Position numbers and translations under genes: made by a program
DNA from: Amphiscolops sp. MND2022
Taxonomy: Eukaryota
Assembly (NCBI GenBank): GCA_964187785.1
Contig: OZ076413.1
Coordinates: 20,956,001-21,020,000, forward strand
Direction: 5' to 3'
Length of the DNA stretch: 64,000 nucleotides
Notes under the pieces: generated by a model
What the model saw: only the letters and a program-made list of their open reading frames with translations
Database searches by the model: none
What the model was told of the DNA's origin: nothing
Shown here: positions 1 through 11,881 of the stretch, in pieces
How positions within the stretch are numbered: the stretch's first letter is position 1
Layout of the letters: every line of letters begins with the position of its first letter

Positions 1-87
1 AATCTATATCTACTTTGATTTTCATCCAATGTTCGAAAAGTGAAAAATTGTAGAGGTTAAGTGTTTAAGTTCTGCATAACTACTTAC

Positions 88-824
88 TTTTGTTTGGCTC
101 GACGGAACATGGTATGTCTTCATCATCCGGGTAGTCTTTCAAATGTACCATGGCTTGAGCCAATTCGTGGACAGTGATATTGCTGATTTCCTTGGCCAAC
201 ATGCCAGCAACGCCAACAAACAAAAACAAGTTGGCAACCAGACTTCTTAAAAAGTTTATCTGGGTCTTCTTTGAGGCTCTAACATTCGTTTTGTAACGGC
301 TCGTAATGGCAACGATAATGGATTTTAGCCATTCTTTGGCTTCATTCGTCTTCAAGTCGGGTTGGCATTTTTTGCAGGGGGAGTTGTTTTGACTACATTG
401 AACGCTCTTTCTTCAAAAGAGTCAACAAGCTGTTTCTGGCTTGAGGTCGGAACTGTGGTTATGCTGGTTCAAATGCTGGTTAAACCCACGGCATTGGAAA
501 TACCAATGGTAGGAAAAAGAGTTACCGCGTGATCTTCGACTGGCTGATTTGGCTCGTGATGCTCTTCTTGCATAATCCCATTGGCATTGTAAACAATGGA
601 GCTCTGCGAGCTCTGTGTGTAGACTGTCTGCGAGCTCTGCGAGTAGACTGTTGCATCGAATGAGGGTGTCGAATTTGTCAGAGAAGTTTCTGAACTTCCG
701 CTGAGTAAAGGAGTTGAGGAATCGATCAACCATGTGGTCAAGTTTGTCAATGGAGTCGACAACTGGCTTCGAACAGATGAGTAGGGCAATGGTGGATCAT
801 GAGCAGGAGTTTGCTTTCGATGAT
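88..824 (-). pseudogene. First-copy exon of the same orphan pseudogene (Ser/Thr-rich segment, then the KEWLKSIIVAITSRY... segment); the gene continues off the left edge
   Basis: Identical to 4091-4827. Contains ORFs 469-837 and 80-355, separated by a TGA and a frameshift, and ends at a gtaagt donor at 87. Confidence 0.55.
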
Positions 825-1093
825 CTGAATTATCCATTAGTTATTTAGTTGCAAACAAGCGATTCGAAAATTTGGAAGGAACTGTGATGTATATTCGAGA
901 AGACTAGAAGCCACTGATTGTAAAAATGGTTTGAAAGAAACTGAGGAAATCTTTATCAAACAATCGTTATGAACAAAAATTGAGCGTCTTTTTTTAATTA
1001 TAGGCGGCGTTGAAATGTACCAAAAATCACCTAATTAGTTTTAAAATTGCGTAATTTTTGAACCTTAGGATAAACAGTAAGCATCATCCCAAT

Positions 1094-1175
1094 CATAAGC
1101 GGTGTCAACTTGCCGCCTCTTCATGAGCGGTGTCAACTTGCCGCCTCATCATAAGCGATGTCAACTTGCCGCCTC
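1094..1175. repeat. Three ~28-bp tandem repeats (cataagcggtgtcaacttgccgcctc), each a short imperfect palindrome; second copy at 5097-5178
   Basis: Read directly from the sequence. Related motifs at about 1005 and 1277. Confidence 0.9.
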
Positions 1176-1972
1176 AATTGAATATGCCCCCAATTTCCCT
1201 ACTTTACTTTCCCAGTGGGTGTTTATTAGATCTGAGCATCAACAGTAATTAAGCATCGTCTCTACTTCAATTATTAGCGGCGTCATTTTGCCCCAGCTTT
1301 GAAATTGACGCAGGAAATGGGATACTTTAGTTCCCCCAGTGGGTGTTAATTGAACTATTGATAAGGTGTTTATTCCAGTCATTCTCAATTTATCCATCTT
1401 TAAACACAGTAATGCTTCTTCAAAAGTTCGAAACGAACGAAGTGGTCCATATCCTGGACCCTCTATTATCTATTTAGTTTTAATGTTTTAACATGTTTTA
1501 ACTCTGCAATCTTGAGTGACTGGAGTGTCAGAATCAAACGGATGGAGTGGTCTACGAGAAAAGCAGTTCCACAATTCTCTGATTTCTTAGGCCAAAGTTC
1601 CGATGAAATGTGAAACCAGTTTCGAGGACAAAAAAATACATCAGTCGAATTTGAAAATTGAATAATTCTTTTGGAACCATGAAAATCTATAAAAATTGAT
1701 TATTGACGTAACGATAAGCTCATAAGTTGGAGTGAACAAACTAGAACCCGGAAGTTTCACAGAGTTTGCCAAATTTAGACGACAAGCCAGATATTTCGAA
1801 GTGCCAAATTATTAGAAAATGCCAAACAAAAAATCATAAAATTTCTGAGGGCAAGACAAAAAACTGAGATTTAAACCTTGACATACTTTTTATAAGGCTA
1901 TCATTTATAATCAAAAATTGAAAAGTCCTACTTCCAGTCATGGAAATTCGTAAAATGAAAGATTTTGTGATA

Positions 1973-2341
1973 TTTTGGTCCCAATCGTGAGTAGATTAAT
2001 TACTCACAATAGGGACCAAAATTATTTGTGATTAATTTTATCTTTGAATTGCTTTTTTAGCAGAAATTCGTTGCTATTAGTAGTGAGAGAGTCAAAAAAT
2101 GTCCTTAGTATTTTTCGTGAGGACAAAAAGGAGTCCTCTTAGTATACTATTATGAAAAAAAAATTGGTCATTTTGGTCCCAATCGTGAGAAGAAAAATTA
2201 CTCAAGATTGGGAACAAAAATAGTTATGATTAATTTCACCTTTGAATTGCTTTTTTTAGCAGAAATTCGTTGCTATTAGAAGTGAGAGAGTCAAAAAATG
2301 TCCTGAATATCTTTCGTGATGGCAAAAAGGAGGCCTCTTAG
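1973..2341. repeat. ~198-bp repeat family P; each unit opens with a ~49-bp imperfect palindrome. Copies at 5976-6344 and 11229-11440; diverged palindromes at 16221, ~21560 and ~23385
   Basis: ttttggtcccaatcgtgagta-gattaat-tactcacaatagggaccaaaa at 1973-2021 has 21-bp arms with 2 mismatches. The next unit starts at 2171. Confidence 0.9.
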
Positions 2342-2575
2342 TGTTATATTCTCTAGATCTAAGTCAAGATGGAAAAGGATAAAAGTTATATCTCTAGTTT
2401 CAACTGTTCTATATCAAATCAAATTGTGCATACGTATCAAATGTATTTTAATGTAGATTGAGTTTGTTAGTAAACAACTCTAGTATCTAGACTAGACAGT
2501 ATGTAGACCGAATTTCGGTAGAGGTTAAATTGTAGTCTTAACCGGTTTGAACCGAGTATAACATTTCTCAGCCCT
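2342..2575 (-). mobile_element. Duplicated 3' LTR (2342-2563) plus polypurine tract (PPT) of the Gypsy element at 6345-11223; a by-product of the 4-kb duplication, not a true solo LTR
   Basis: tgttatattc...gagtataaca matches 6345-6566. It is followed by tttctcagccct (PPT on minus) and only 28 bp of internal sequence. Confidence 0.93.
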
Positions 2576-2591
2576 ATTGTTTTCCCATCTT

Positions 2592-4827
2592 AAAAGACTT
2601 ATGTGTGCTGACTACTCCGCCTCCGAAAGGTTTGAAATTGGCTGGACGTAAGCCTGGCCAGCTCTGTGTGTCACATCGTGCGAACAGGGAGGTCTGACAA
2701 TCGAAATCCATGACATGTGCCATCCCTTTGTACATTATTTTGGCAGAACCATCACTGCACATCCATCTCGCATCTGGATTTTGTAGCATAGGTGGAACCA
2801 ACAGAAACACTTTTCTAATATCCTGTTTGACGTCCTTTGGGGTTGTCCATTTCTGCCTCTGGAAAAATCCTTCGATTCTTTTCTCCAGGGTGTTCAAGTC
2901 ACATTTCCCGTTCATGTATTTGAAGAACGTTGTGGCTCGAGCTGACTGTCGTGCATATCGTTGAGCATCTTGATGCTTTCTCACGCATGCTTTGATGGTA
3001 CCCTGGTTGAACTCCTTGCCAAATTTTCCATGCACTTCCGTCATTTAATTTTTCAATTTTGGCAACCGTGCTTCATGGTCGTCAACAATTGGATAGATGA
3101 GTTTGAATCTGAACCAATTTGAACTTCAGCTGCTTGGCTGGATTTTTACACTGTTGAAGTAACTGAAATACATGCGTTCGATTAAATATATGATCTTATG
3201 CACTAGAACTACAATGGTTTAGTTCGATTTTAGATTTTTCAATCAAAGTTTTTTTGAAAGCTCCGAATTTTATCTAAATTTAAATGACAAAAAAAACCAA
3301 CGTACAGTGATCAAATACTGGTCGAGAACATGGCTCGGTCTAAAACAAGACTTCCCAACAGAATTGTCGAACCGGAGCTCTGTCACGACTGGTCGGTCAT
3401 CACTTTTGGGGACACATCGGTGGAATTTCACACCCACGGTTTTGTTGAGAAAGTCGTGTCTCGTGTGGCTGGCATACTCAACTAACTCTTCGATTAACCA
3501 GCGTGGTGTATTGTATTGTACTCGTGAAACAGAAACTGCAGAAAAAGACTTTTATTTCACTTGTAAATTAATTTCGAGTTATCAGTTTTTTTAATTATTT
3601 ATTAGTCAGAAAGACAAAATCGGCCCAAAAAATTCTCGCCTCTAAGAATGCTAACCAACCGAAAATGTGACACCTAAACATAAATTGTCAGATTTTAATG
3701 ACAAGCCAAATAATATTAAATGCCATGTTATTTTACAACGCCATTCAACTTTTAACAATATTTCCATGACCATATGACGGTTTATATAGTTTTAAAATTT
3801 GATGTATTACCTACTCCTTTTGGTAGTTGTTTTCTTACAGTTTAAGATATGTAGGTAGTTTCAACGACAAATGTATAAAGATATGGTCTTACTTTCCATT
3901 AGTTTTTTTCAAGGGCTTTGAACAATTTGGTGGAAACCAGGACATTATGCTCAAAATAGTGGAAACCACGACCATATATCAAATTGTTGTTTGGATCATT
4001 CAGAATCTATATCTACTTTGATTTTCATCCAATGTTCGAAAAGTGAAAAATTGTAGAGGTTAAGTGTTTAAGTTCTGCATAACTACTTACTTTTGTTTGG
4101 CTCGACGGAACATGGTATGTCTTCATCATCCGGGTAGTCTTTCAAATGTACCATGGCTTGAGCCAATTCGTGGACAGTGATATTGCTGATTTCCTTGGCC
4201 AACATGCCAGCAACGCCAACAAACAAAAACAAGTTGGCAACCAGACTTCTTAAAAAGTTTATCTGGGTCTTCTTTGAGGCTCTAACATTCGTTTTGTAAC
4301 GGCTCGTAATGGCAACGATAATGGATTTTAGCCATTCTTTGGCTTCATTCGTCTTCAAGTCGGGTTGGCATTTTTTGCAGGGGGAGTTGTTTTGACTACA
4401 TTGAACGCTCTTTCTTCAAAAGAGTCAACAAGCTGTTTCTGGCTTGAGGTCGGAACTGTGGTTATGCTGGTTCAAATGCTGGTTAAACCCACGGCATTGG
4501 AAATACCAATGGTAGGAAAAAGAGTTACCGCGTGATCTTCGACTGGCTGATTTGGCTCGTGATGCTCTTCTTGCATAATCCCATTGGCATTGTAAACAAT
4601 GGAGCTCTGCGAGCTCTGTGTGTAGACTGTCTGCGAGCTCTGCGAGTAGACTGTTGCATCGAATGAGGGTGTCGAATTTGTCAGAGAAGTTTCTGAACTT
4701 CCGCTGAGTAAAGGAGTTGAGGAATCGATCAACCATGTGGTCAAGTTTGTCAATGGAGTCGACAACTGGCTTCGAACAGATGAGTAGGGCAATGGTGGAT
4801 CATGAGCAGGAGTTTGCTTTCGATGAT
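2592..4827 (-). pseudogene. Spliced orphan pseudogene, duplicated copy (exons about 4827-4091, 3535-3306, 3162-2592), 3'-truncated at the duplication junction
   Basis: Acceptor ttcag at 4828, donor gtaagt at 4090 and acceptor ttctgcag at 3536 join in matching phase 1 into an open 76-codon exon (SVSRVQYNTPRWLIEELVEY...). The last exon contains ORF 2574-3044. There is a stop and a frameshift in the first exon and stops in the last. No recognisable domain. Confidence 0.6.
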
Positions 4828-6766
4828 CTGAATTATCCATTAGTTATTTAGTTGCAAACAAGCGATTCGAAAATTTGGAAGGAACTGTGATGTATATTCG
4901 AGAAGACTAGAAGCCACTGATTGTAAAAATGGTTTGAAAGAAACTGAGGAAATCTTTATCAAACAATCGTTATGAACAAAAATTGAGCGTCTTTTTTTAA
5001 TTATAGGCGGCGTTGAAATGTACCAAAAATCACCTAATTAGTTTTAAAATTGCGTAATTTTTGAACCTTAGGATAAACAGTAAGCATCATCCCAATCATA
5101 AGCGGTGTCAACTTGCCGCCTCTTCATGAGCGGTGTCAACTTGCCGCCTCATCATAAGCGATGTCAACTTGCCGCCTCAATTGAATATGCCCCCAATTTC
5201 CCTACTTTACTTTCCCAGTGGGTGTTTATTAGATCTGAGCATCAACAGTAATTAAGCATCGTCTCTACTTCAATTATTAGCGGCGTCATTTTGCCCCAGC
5301 TTTGAAATTGACGCAGGAAATGGGATACTTTAGTTCCCCCAGTGGGTGTTAATTGAACTATTGATAAGGTGTTTATTCCAGTCATTCTCAATTTATCCAT
5401 CTTTAAACACAGTAATGCTTCTTCAAAAGTTCGAAACGAACGAAGTGGTCCATATCCTGGACCCTCTATTATCTATTTAGTTTTAATGTTTTAACATGTT
5501 TTAACTCTGCAATCTTGAGTGACTGGAGTGTCAGAATCAAACGGATGGAGTGGTCTACGAGAAAAGCAGTTCCACAATTCTCTGATTTCTTAGGCCAAAG
5601 TTCCGATGAAATGTGAAACCAGTTTCGAGGACAAAAAAATACATCAGTCGAATTTGAAAATTGAATAATTCTTTTGGAACCATGAAAATCTATAAAAATT
5701 GATTATTGACGTAACGATAAGCTCATAAGTTGGAGTGAACAAACTAGAACCCGGAAGTTTCACAGAGTTTGCCAAATTTAGACGACAAGCCAGATATTTC
5801 GAAGTGCCAAATTATTAGAAAATGCCAAACAAAAAATCATAAAAATTCTGAGGGCAAGACAAAAAACTGAGATTTAAACCTTGACATACTTTTTATAAGG
5901 CTATCATTTATAATCAAAAATTGAAAAGTCCTACTTCCAGTCATGGAAATTCGTAAAATGAAAGATTTTGTGATATTTTGGTCCCAATCGTGAGTAGATT
6001 AATTACTCACAATAGGGACCAAAATTATTTGTGATTAATTTTATCTTTGAATTGCTTTTTTAGCAGAAATTCGTTGCTATTAGTAGTGAGAGAGTCAAAA
6101 AATGTCCTTAGTATTTTTCGTGAGGACAAAAAGGAGTCCTCTTAGTATACTATTATGAAAAAAAAATTGGTCATTTTGGTCCCAATCGTGAGAAGAAAAA
6201 TTACTCAAGATTGGGAACAAAAATAGTTATGATTAATTTCACCTTTGAATTGCTTTTTTTAGCAGAAATTCGTTGCTATTAGAAGTGAGAGAGTCAAAAA
6301 ATGTCCTGAATATCTTTCGTGATGGCAAAAAGGAGGCCTCTTAGTGTTATATTCTCTAGATCTAAGTCAAGATGGAAAAGGATAAAAGTTATATCTCTAG
6401 TTTCAACTGTTCTATATCAAATCAAATTGTGCATACGTATCAAATGTATTTTAATGTAGATTGAGTTTGTTAGTAAACAACTCTAGTATCTAGACTAGAC
6501 AGTATGTAGACCGAATTTCGGTAGAGGTTAAATTGTAGTCTTAACCGGTTTGAACCGAGTATAACATTTCTCAGCCCTATTGTTTTCCCATCTTCTTCAG
6601 TTTCGATTGGAGGGTCTTGGGGGTGTGGATTCTTCTGGGGGAAAATTCGCTGGCTTTTGTGCTGTCTCGGGTTTCGGTATTCCCTTGTGTCTGGTCCACA
6701 CGGTACCTGTAATGTAAATTAATTTTCTATCCCCAGAAGTTTCCGGTATATGTTACACTACCGTAT

Positions 6767-9700
6767 CTATTCGGTTTTTTTACTCTCTCGGTTAGTTCGC
6801 CTTATTTGTGTTTTTAGTTTCTCACCCGTTATTTCGCTGTCGGTGTGTAATTGCAGCGTGTCTTCTTCTTCCGGATCTGTCCGTATTGGCACATATCTCC
6901 CGTCTTTCTCGGATGTATCGTACACTATTGGTGTTTCGGCTTCTTCCGGCATTTCTTCGTCTTCGTCATCATTGTCTTCCTCGGTATCGCTTTTGGCCCG
7001 CTTTTTGTTCGGGACGATTTTCAGTTTGCCGTTCAGGATGTCCTTGAGGATTTCATCCCACCGGCTGTACTTGCCGTCCAGTCCGCGTATGCAGTGTCGG
7101 TTTTTGGGGTTTATCTCGCCGGTTGTGTACATGGCCGGTTCTTTTCTGATCTTTCTCTCGGTCTGAAGTAATGGGTCCGAAATACATTTTCGGTTTATTA
7201 TTTTTCCGGTATCTGTTTTTATGGTACTCTCGGTTCCGCTTATGGCGGTCTGGATTTTATTTTGGAATTTTCTTTCTAGTGATTTTTTGTTGTAGTTTTT
7301 TTACAAAATGAAAAGGGTATCTAACCGAATTTTTCTTTTTCGGTGACTTCGGTCCGTCGGCGAGGTGTTTTTCCTCTGTCTTTGTTCTCGCCATCACAAT
7401 GTGATTTGTGATGTCTCCATCCGAATCACGGCCCACAAAAATTGGGATTTTTGGTTTGTTTGATGCTGAAACAGATAGTTCTGGCCAATCAGATAGGTAG
7501 GATTTCCCGTCTTTAACAATATTTGTTAATTCGGTTCTCGGTTTTCTACCGTGATGTAATTCGAATGGTGGTAATTTTAATCCGGTATGTATTGTAATAC
7601 GTGTAATGCTCGATTTACACTTTCAGTTAGGCTTATGTTGTCTTCCATATTTGCTATAATTAAATTCTTCAGTGTTTGTCTTGCTCTTTCTGCTGTTCCG
7701 TTTTCCGTATGCATTCGGGGGATAAAGTATTCGATTTCGATATTTCGGTTTTTGCAAAATTCTTGGTATTCTTTGGAAACAAATGCTCCTCCTTTATCGG
7801 ATTTAATTTTTTCGGGTATTCCGTATAAATTAAAGTCGCTCGACAAAAGACTTCTTTTGTTTCCGCTGACTTGCAGATTTTTACGGTTGGCCATTTACTA
7901 AATCTGTCTATTGCTATTAGTATTTGTACATCTCCGTTTATATTTTTATTATGTAATTTTCCGGTAAAATCGATTTGTATTTCTTGGCCGAGTTCGGTTA
8001 GTTTTTCTAGTTTTCCGTAGTGTTTTTTTCGGTAATTGGTAGTTAAGGTTTTTACCTGATGCGAGGCAAGCAGTGCAGTCTTTCACTTTGTTCTCGATGT
8101 CCTGCTTCTTTCCGGGCCACCAGAATATTTTGGCTTTTGCATTCATTTTTGTTATGCCGTAGTGACCGAAGTAGATGATGTCTAGAAGTTTTCGTCGAAG
8201 GTCGATTGGTACGACAATGTGGTCATCTACGAAGACCAGTCCCCATCTTATTGACAGTTTGTCAAATACTGCCCGGTAGCCATCCGGAATTGTTTCCCAG
8301 TCTTCTCTCCTCATGCTGTTTCTGACGCGGGTTAGCTCCGGTTCGATGGCTGTTTTGGCGATGAGTGTCTTGAAGTCATAGGTTGGTACCCCCCTCCCAG
8401 TCGGTTCGCTCTCCTCATTATCTCCGCTTCAATTTCAGCAATCTCCTCCCTACTCCTTTTGTTCGGTCTTGATGGGGCAAATACTGTCCGTTGTGTGTAG
8501 TGGTCGTACCGGCGTCGTAGTGTTCCTGACCGGGATAGTTGACTTCTTTGCTCGACTAGTCGGCGTGTCTCTGGGCTGTTGTTCCGTCTGCGGATAATCT
8601 CCATAATTTCGCGTGTGGCGCTCCAGTGATAAAAGTTTTCGCGATCCATTTCGGTAATTTCCGTATTTAATTTTCTGGTCTTTGAATTTGATTTAAACTT
8701 TTGGCTTCTTTCGTTGAATGACTTCTCTCTAGCGTGCTAATTTTGGACTGCCCGTAAGTGGTTTTTATGTTTCGCTGGTGTTTGTTCACGTTGTTTTCGT
8801 TCTCGAATGTTCTATTCTTCTGTGATTGGTTCGCGCGATTCTCATTTCGTTCTTCGGACGTATTCATCTTTGTCTCAGTTATTGCTTTCTCGCTTTTTGA
8901 TTGGTCGGCGAATAATGGTCCGTATTTTACGTTCAGTTTTGCTTGTTCGGATAGTATGTTAATGACGTATTCCTCGTCGTAACTTTCCTCCGGTGTGGCT
9001 CCCTCCTACCGGATTTCTACTAAGGTAATTGGTGAATTTCAAGTTATTTCCTGCAATATGTTGTATCGATATGTCAAAATGAGCTAAGCGGTCTAACCAT
9101 CTTGTTAATCGCGCGCTATATTGTTTTTTGCTCCGGTTTCTTTTAATTAATGGTTCTAGTGCTTTGTGATCGGTATAAAGGAGTACCTTTTTTCCGTATA
9201 AATAAAATAGGAATTTTTCGAGTCCCCACACTACAGCTAATATTTTGGGTACTGCTAAGTCTATTTTGGATATGAAAAGTTTTACTGTTCTGTCGCGTGT
9301 TATTTCCACCGATATTTGGTTCAGTAATTCTTCCATATTTGGCATATGGGGTCTCATTTTAATGCAACTGTCGTTCAGTTTCCTTGATTCTAGTGCTATT
9401 TTTGCCGACTTGTCGCTTTTTACTGTTATGACCACCGGTGATACAACACAGTCTTCGACTACATCGTTTATTTTTTCTTAGTGTCCGGATTTCACTAGTT
9501 TTTCTAGTTCCCGTCCGACATCTTCTTGAAGGTGTAGCGGTATCGGGCTTGCTTTTTGTTTGACCGGATAGTGTCCTGGTTTTAATTGGATGTTTATCTC
9601 GGTGTCTTTTATCATTTCATTGTTCTCGAATGAGTCCGGAAATTTGTTGAATACTTTCTCGCGTTCTGATTGGTTGTTTTCGGCCAATTGTATTTTGCTA

Positions 9701-9771
9701 ATCGTTAGTTTGAATTTCTTCATCCAATCCAACGCCAGTAGTGGTGTAATATCTGTTCTTTCGGTTATCAA
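6767..9771 (-). pseudogene. pol: Gypsy pol remnant: RT N-terminus fused to RNase H C-terminus, an insertion domain, integrase and a C-terminal tail
   Basis: HMPNMEELLNQIS...ISKIDL is joined directly to ILAVVWGLEKF...LYTDHKAL. Integrase Zn domain GHYGITKM...DCTAC. Core IKSDKGGAFVS...NGTAER. Multiple stops and frameshifts. Confidence 0.92.
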
Positions 9772-9774
9772 GAT

Positions 9775-10810
9775 TTACATTTTCTGTTTGTTGTTTTCGT
9801 GTTCAACGTTTACCGGAATTTTCCCCCGGAATTTTACTCCGTTTTTATTTACATATTGGTACCGATTTGTTATTTTCTGTATTTCGGTTGATTTTGTTAA
9901 TCTTTCGTCCGGTGGCATTAATGATATTGGTGATCCGGTGTCGTTTATAATTTTTTTCGGTATTCCGTTGATCATCAATGTTGTGGTTAAATGTTTGTTT
10001 GTTTCGTCTATTTTCTTTATTTCTTTTATGCTATGTATGCTATCTTCGGATTCGCTTGATGGTTCGTCCGTTTCGTTTGGTTCGTTTTCGGTTAGTCTTT
10101 TCACCGTTCGGTTGTTGTTCATTTTCTGTCTGCATACTTTTGCGTAGTGTCCTTTCTTACCGCATTTAATACAGTTGGCATCTAGTGCGGGACATTTATG
10201 TTTTGGAGTCCAGTTTGGTGCATTACAAAATCTGCATGTTCGGTTACCGAGATTTCTGTTTTTCGGTCTTGCGCCGAATTTTTCCATTCTCTGGATTGGT
10301 TCTTCCTTCATTATTTGTTTCTCTTTTGTTGATATCAAGGCTTCCGGTATTGTGTTCTTTTTATTTTTCTTCTCGTACGTGTTCTGTTTGATCATTTCAA
10401 TTATCTTCTTCAGTTCTAGTGTTTTTTTCTTTCATTATTTTATCCCGTAATTTTTTGTCAGTGATTGCTGTCATGTATTTTGATATCAACAATTCTTCGG
10501 CTGAAATAGTGTTGAAGTTACATTCTTTTTCGATTTCGATTAGTCGTCTCCAGAAGTCTTCCGGTGTTTCCTCTTCTGTTTGTTTCGCCCAGAAGAACTC
10601 TCCGCGGTTATGGTATGTATTTCTTTTTGGCATGTAATTTTCGGTGAACAGCCGGATTAGTTCTTTCACTTTTATGCTGTCAGGTTCCGTTTTATATTCG
10701 GCCCTGGTTATGTGATATAGCGCTTCCGGTCCCACTCCCCGCAGGAAATCTTCTTGTATTGCTTGTTCTTTTACGGACCATCCGGAATCTGTCATGTTTT
10801 CTCCTTTCAA
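9775..10810 (-). pseudogene. gag: Gypsy gag-protease remnant (frameshifted)
   Basis: ORFs 10397-10810 and 9775-10395. Knuckles CRFCNAPNWTPKHKC and CIKCGKKGHYAKVC. Protease-like INDTGSPISLM. Confidence 0.9.
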
Positions 10811-10988
10811 AAGCGGTGCGATATCAATCTTGTGCTCCCGGTTTGCTAAACTGCCGGAATCTTTCCAGCCACTGTCTCGGTGTGAATACCGGATTCCCGT
10901 CTGTGGCTTTTGTTTCGAGATTTGGGACTGTATTTTTCTCTGCCATTTCGTTTTCTGTGTTAAGAAGTTTGTTTCAATTTAAAAAATG

Positions 10989-11001
10989 GCTGACTGTGCC
11001 A
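10989..11001 (-). promoter_or_regulatory. Primer-binding site (PBS) TGGCACAGTCAGC, probably tRNA-Ser
   Basis: Abuts the 5' LTR and starts TGG. Complementary, with one mismatch, to the ...GCUGACUGCGCCA 3' end I recall for invertebrate tRNA-Ser. Confidence 0.7.
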
Positions 11002-11722
11002 TGTTATATTCTCTAGATCTAAGTTAAGATGGAAAAGAATAAAAGTTATATCTCTAGTTTCAACAGTTCTGTATCAACTCAAATTGTACATATGTATCAA
11101 ATGTAATTCAATGTAGATTGAGTTTGTTAGTAAACAACTCTAGTATCTAGACTAGACAGTATGTAGACCGAATCTCGGTAGAGGTTAAATGGTAGTCTGA
11201 ACCGGTTTGAACCGAATATAACACTTAGTATACTATTATGAAAAAAAAATTGTCATTTTGGTCTCAATCGTGAGTAGAAAAATTACTCACGATTGGGACG
11301 AAAATTAGTCATGTTTAATTTCACCTTTGAATTGCTTTTTTCGCCAAATTTCGTTGCTATTAGAAGTCAGAGAAACAAAAAATGTCCGTAATATCTTTCG
11401 AGCGAACAAAAGCCGGCCTCTAAAAATGCTAACCAATCGAAAATGTACCACTTCGTCAAAATCTGCCAGATTTCAATATTAAGCCAGATATAGCCTTTCG
11501 GGGTTTTCTTGCAGTTTAACATAAGTATGTGGTTACCACCCACGACACATGTATAAAGATATGGTCTTACTTTCCATTGTCGTTTTGGGACCATTCAAGA
11601 AGGAACTCATCTATTGAATGTTTATGGAAAAATGGCAGTTCATCAAAATCTGCCAAATTTTAATGACAATCTACGTGTTGAGAAGTTCCACAATATTTTC
11701 TGTCAAAGTTTCAAAGAAACCC

Positions 11723-11881
11723 ATGATTGAAGTTGATGAAAAAAAAGAAAAGCGAGAACTAATATTCAAACTTTTTCAGCGACGTTGGATTATTAGAAAA
11801 GCCCAGAAACTGGATGAAACTCTGAGCAAGAAACGGGGTAGAAGCGTGCCTTTCAATCCCAAGGAAGTTAATGCGCAATGA
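11723..11881 (+). CDS. Small Lys/Arg-rich orphan ORF (52 aa) overlapping the start of the next ORF
   Basis: ATG at 11723, stop at 11881, overlapping ATG 11871. No homology recognised. Confidence 0.3.
   Translation: MIEVDEKKEKRELIFKLFQRRWIIRKAQKLDETLSKKRGRSVPFNPKEVNAQ

Larger units (their letters stand above)
1..6594. repeat. Near-identical direct tandem duplication, period 4,003 bp (1-2591 recurs at 4004-6594; the left copy presumably starts before the window)
   Basis: ORFs 80/4083, 422/4425 and 469/4472 encode identical proteins at offset 4003. The window start aatctatatctactttg recurs at 4004. The copies part after cccatctt (2591 vs 6594). I saw one substitution (cataaaatttctg vs cataaaaattctg). 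Confidence 0.97.
6345..11223 (-). mobile_element. Ty3/Gypsy LTR retrotransposon, 4,879 bp, non-autonomous (RT core deleted)
   Basis: 222-bp TG...CA LTRs at 6345-6566 and 11002-11223 with 13 differences. CTTAG TSD at 6340-6344 and 11224-11228. PBS and PPT present. Gag knuckles, protease, RNase H end and integrase motifs present. Confidence 0.96.

Noticed and set aside
2342-2563. Solo LTR formed by LTR-LTR recombination
   Set aside because: It keeps the PPT and 28 bp of internal sequence and lacks the right-hand CTTAG; the 4,003-bp duplication explains it.
6750-10637. Plus-strand ORFs over the first Gypsy, and similar antisense ORFs over the BEL and right-hand Gypsy
   Set aside because: Shadow frames of A-rich coding strands with no motifs.
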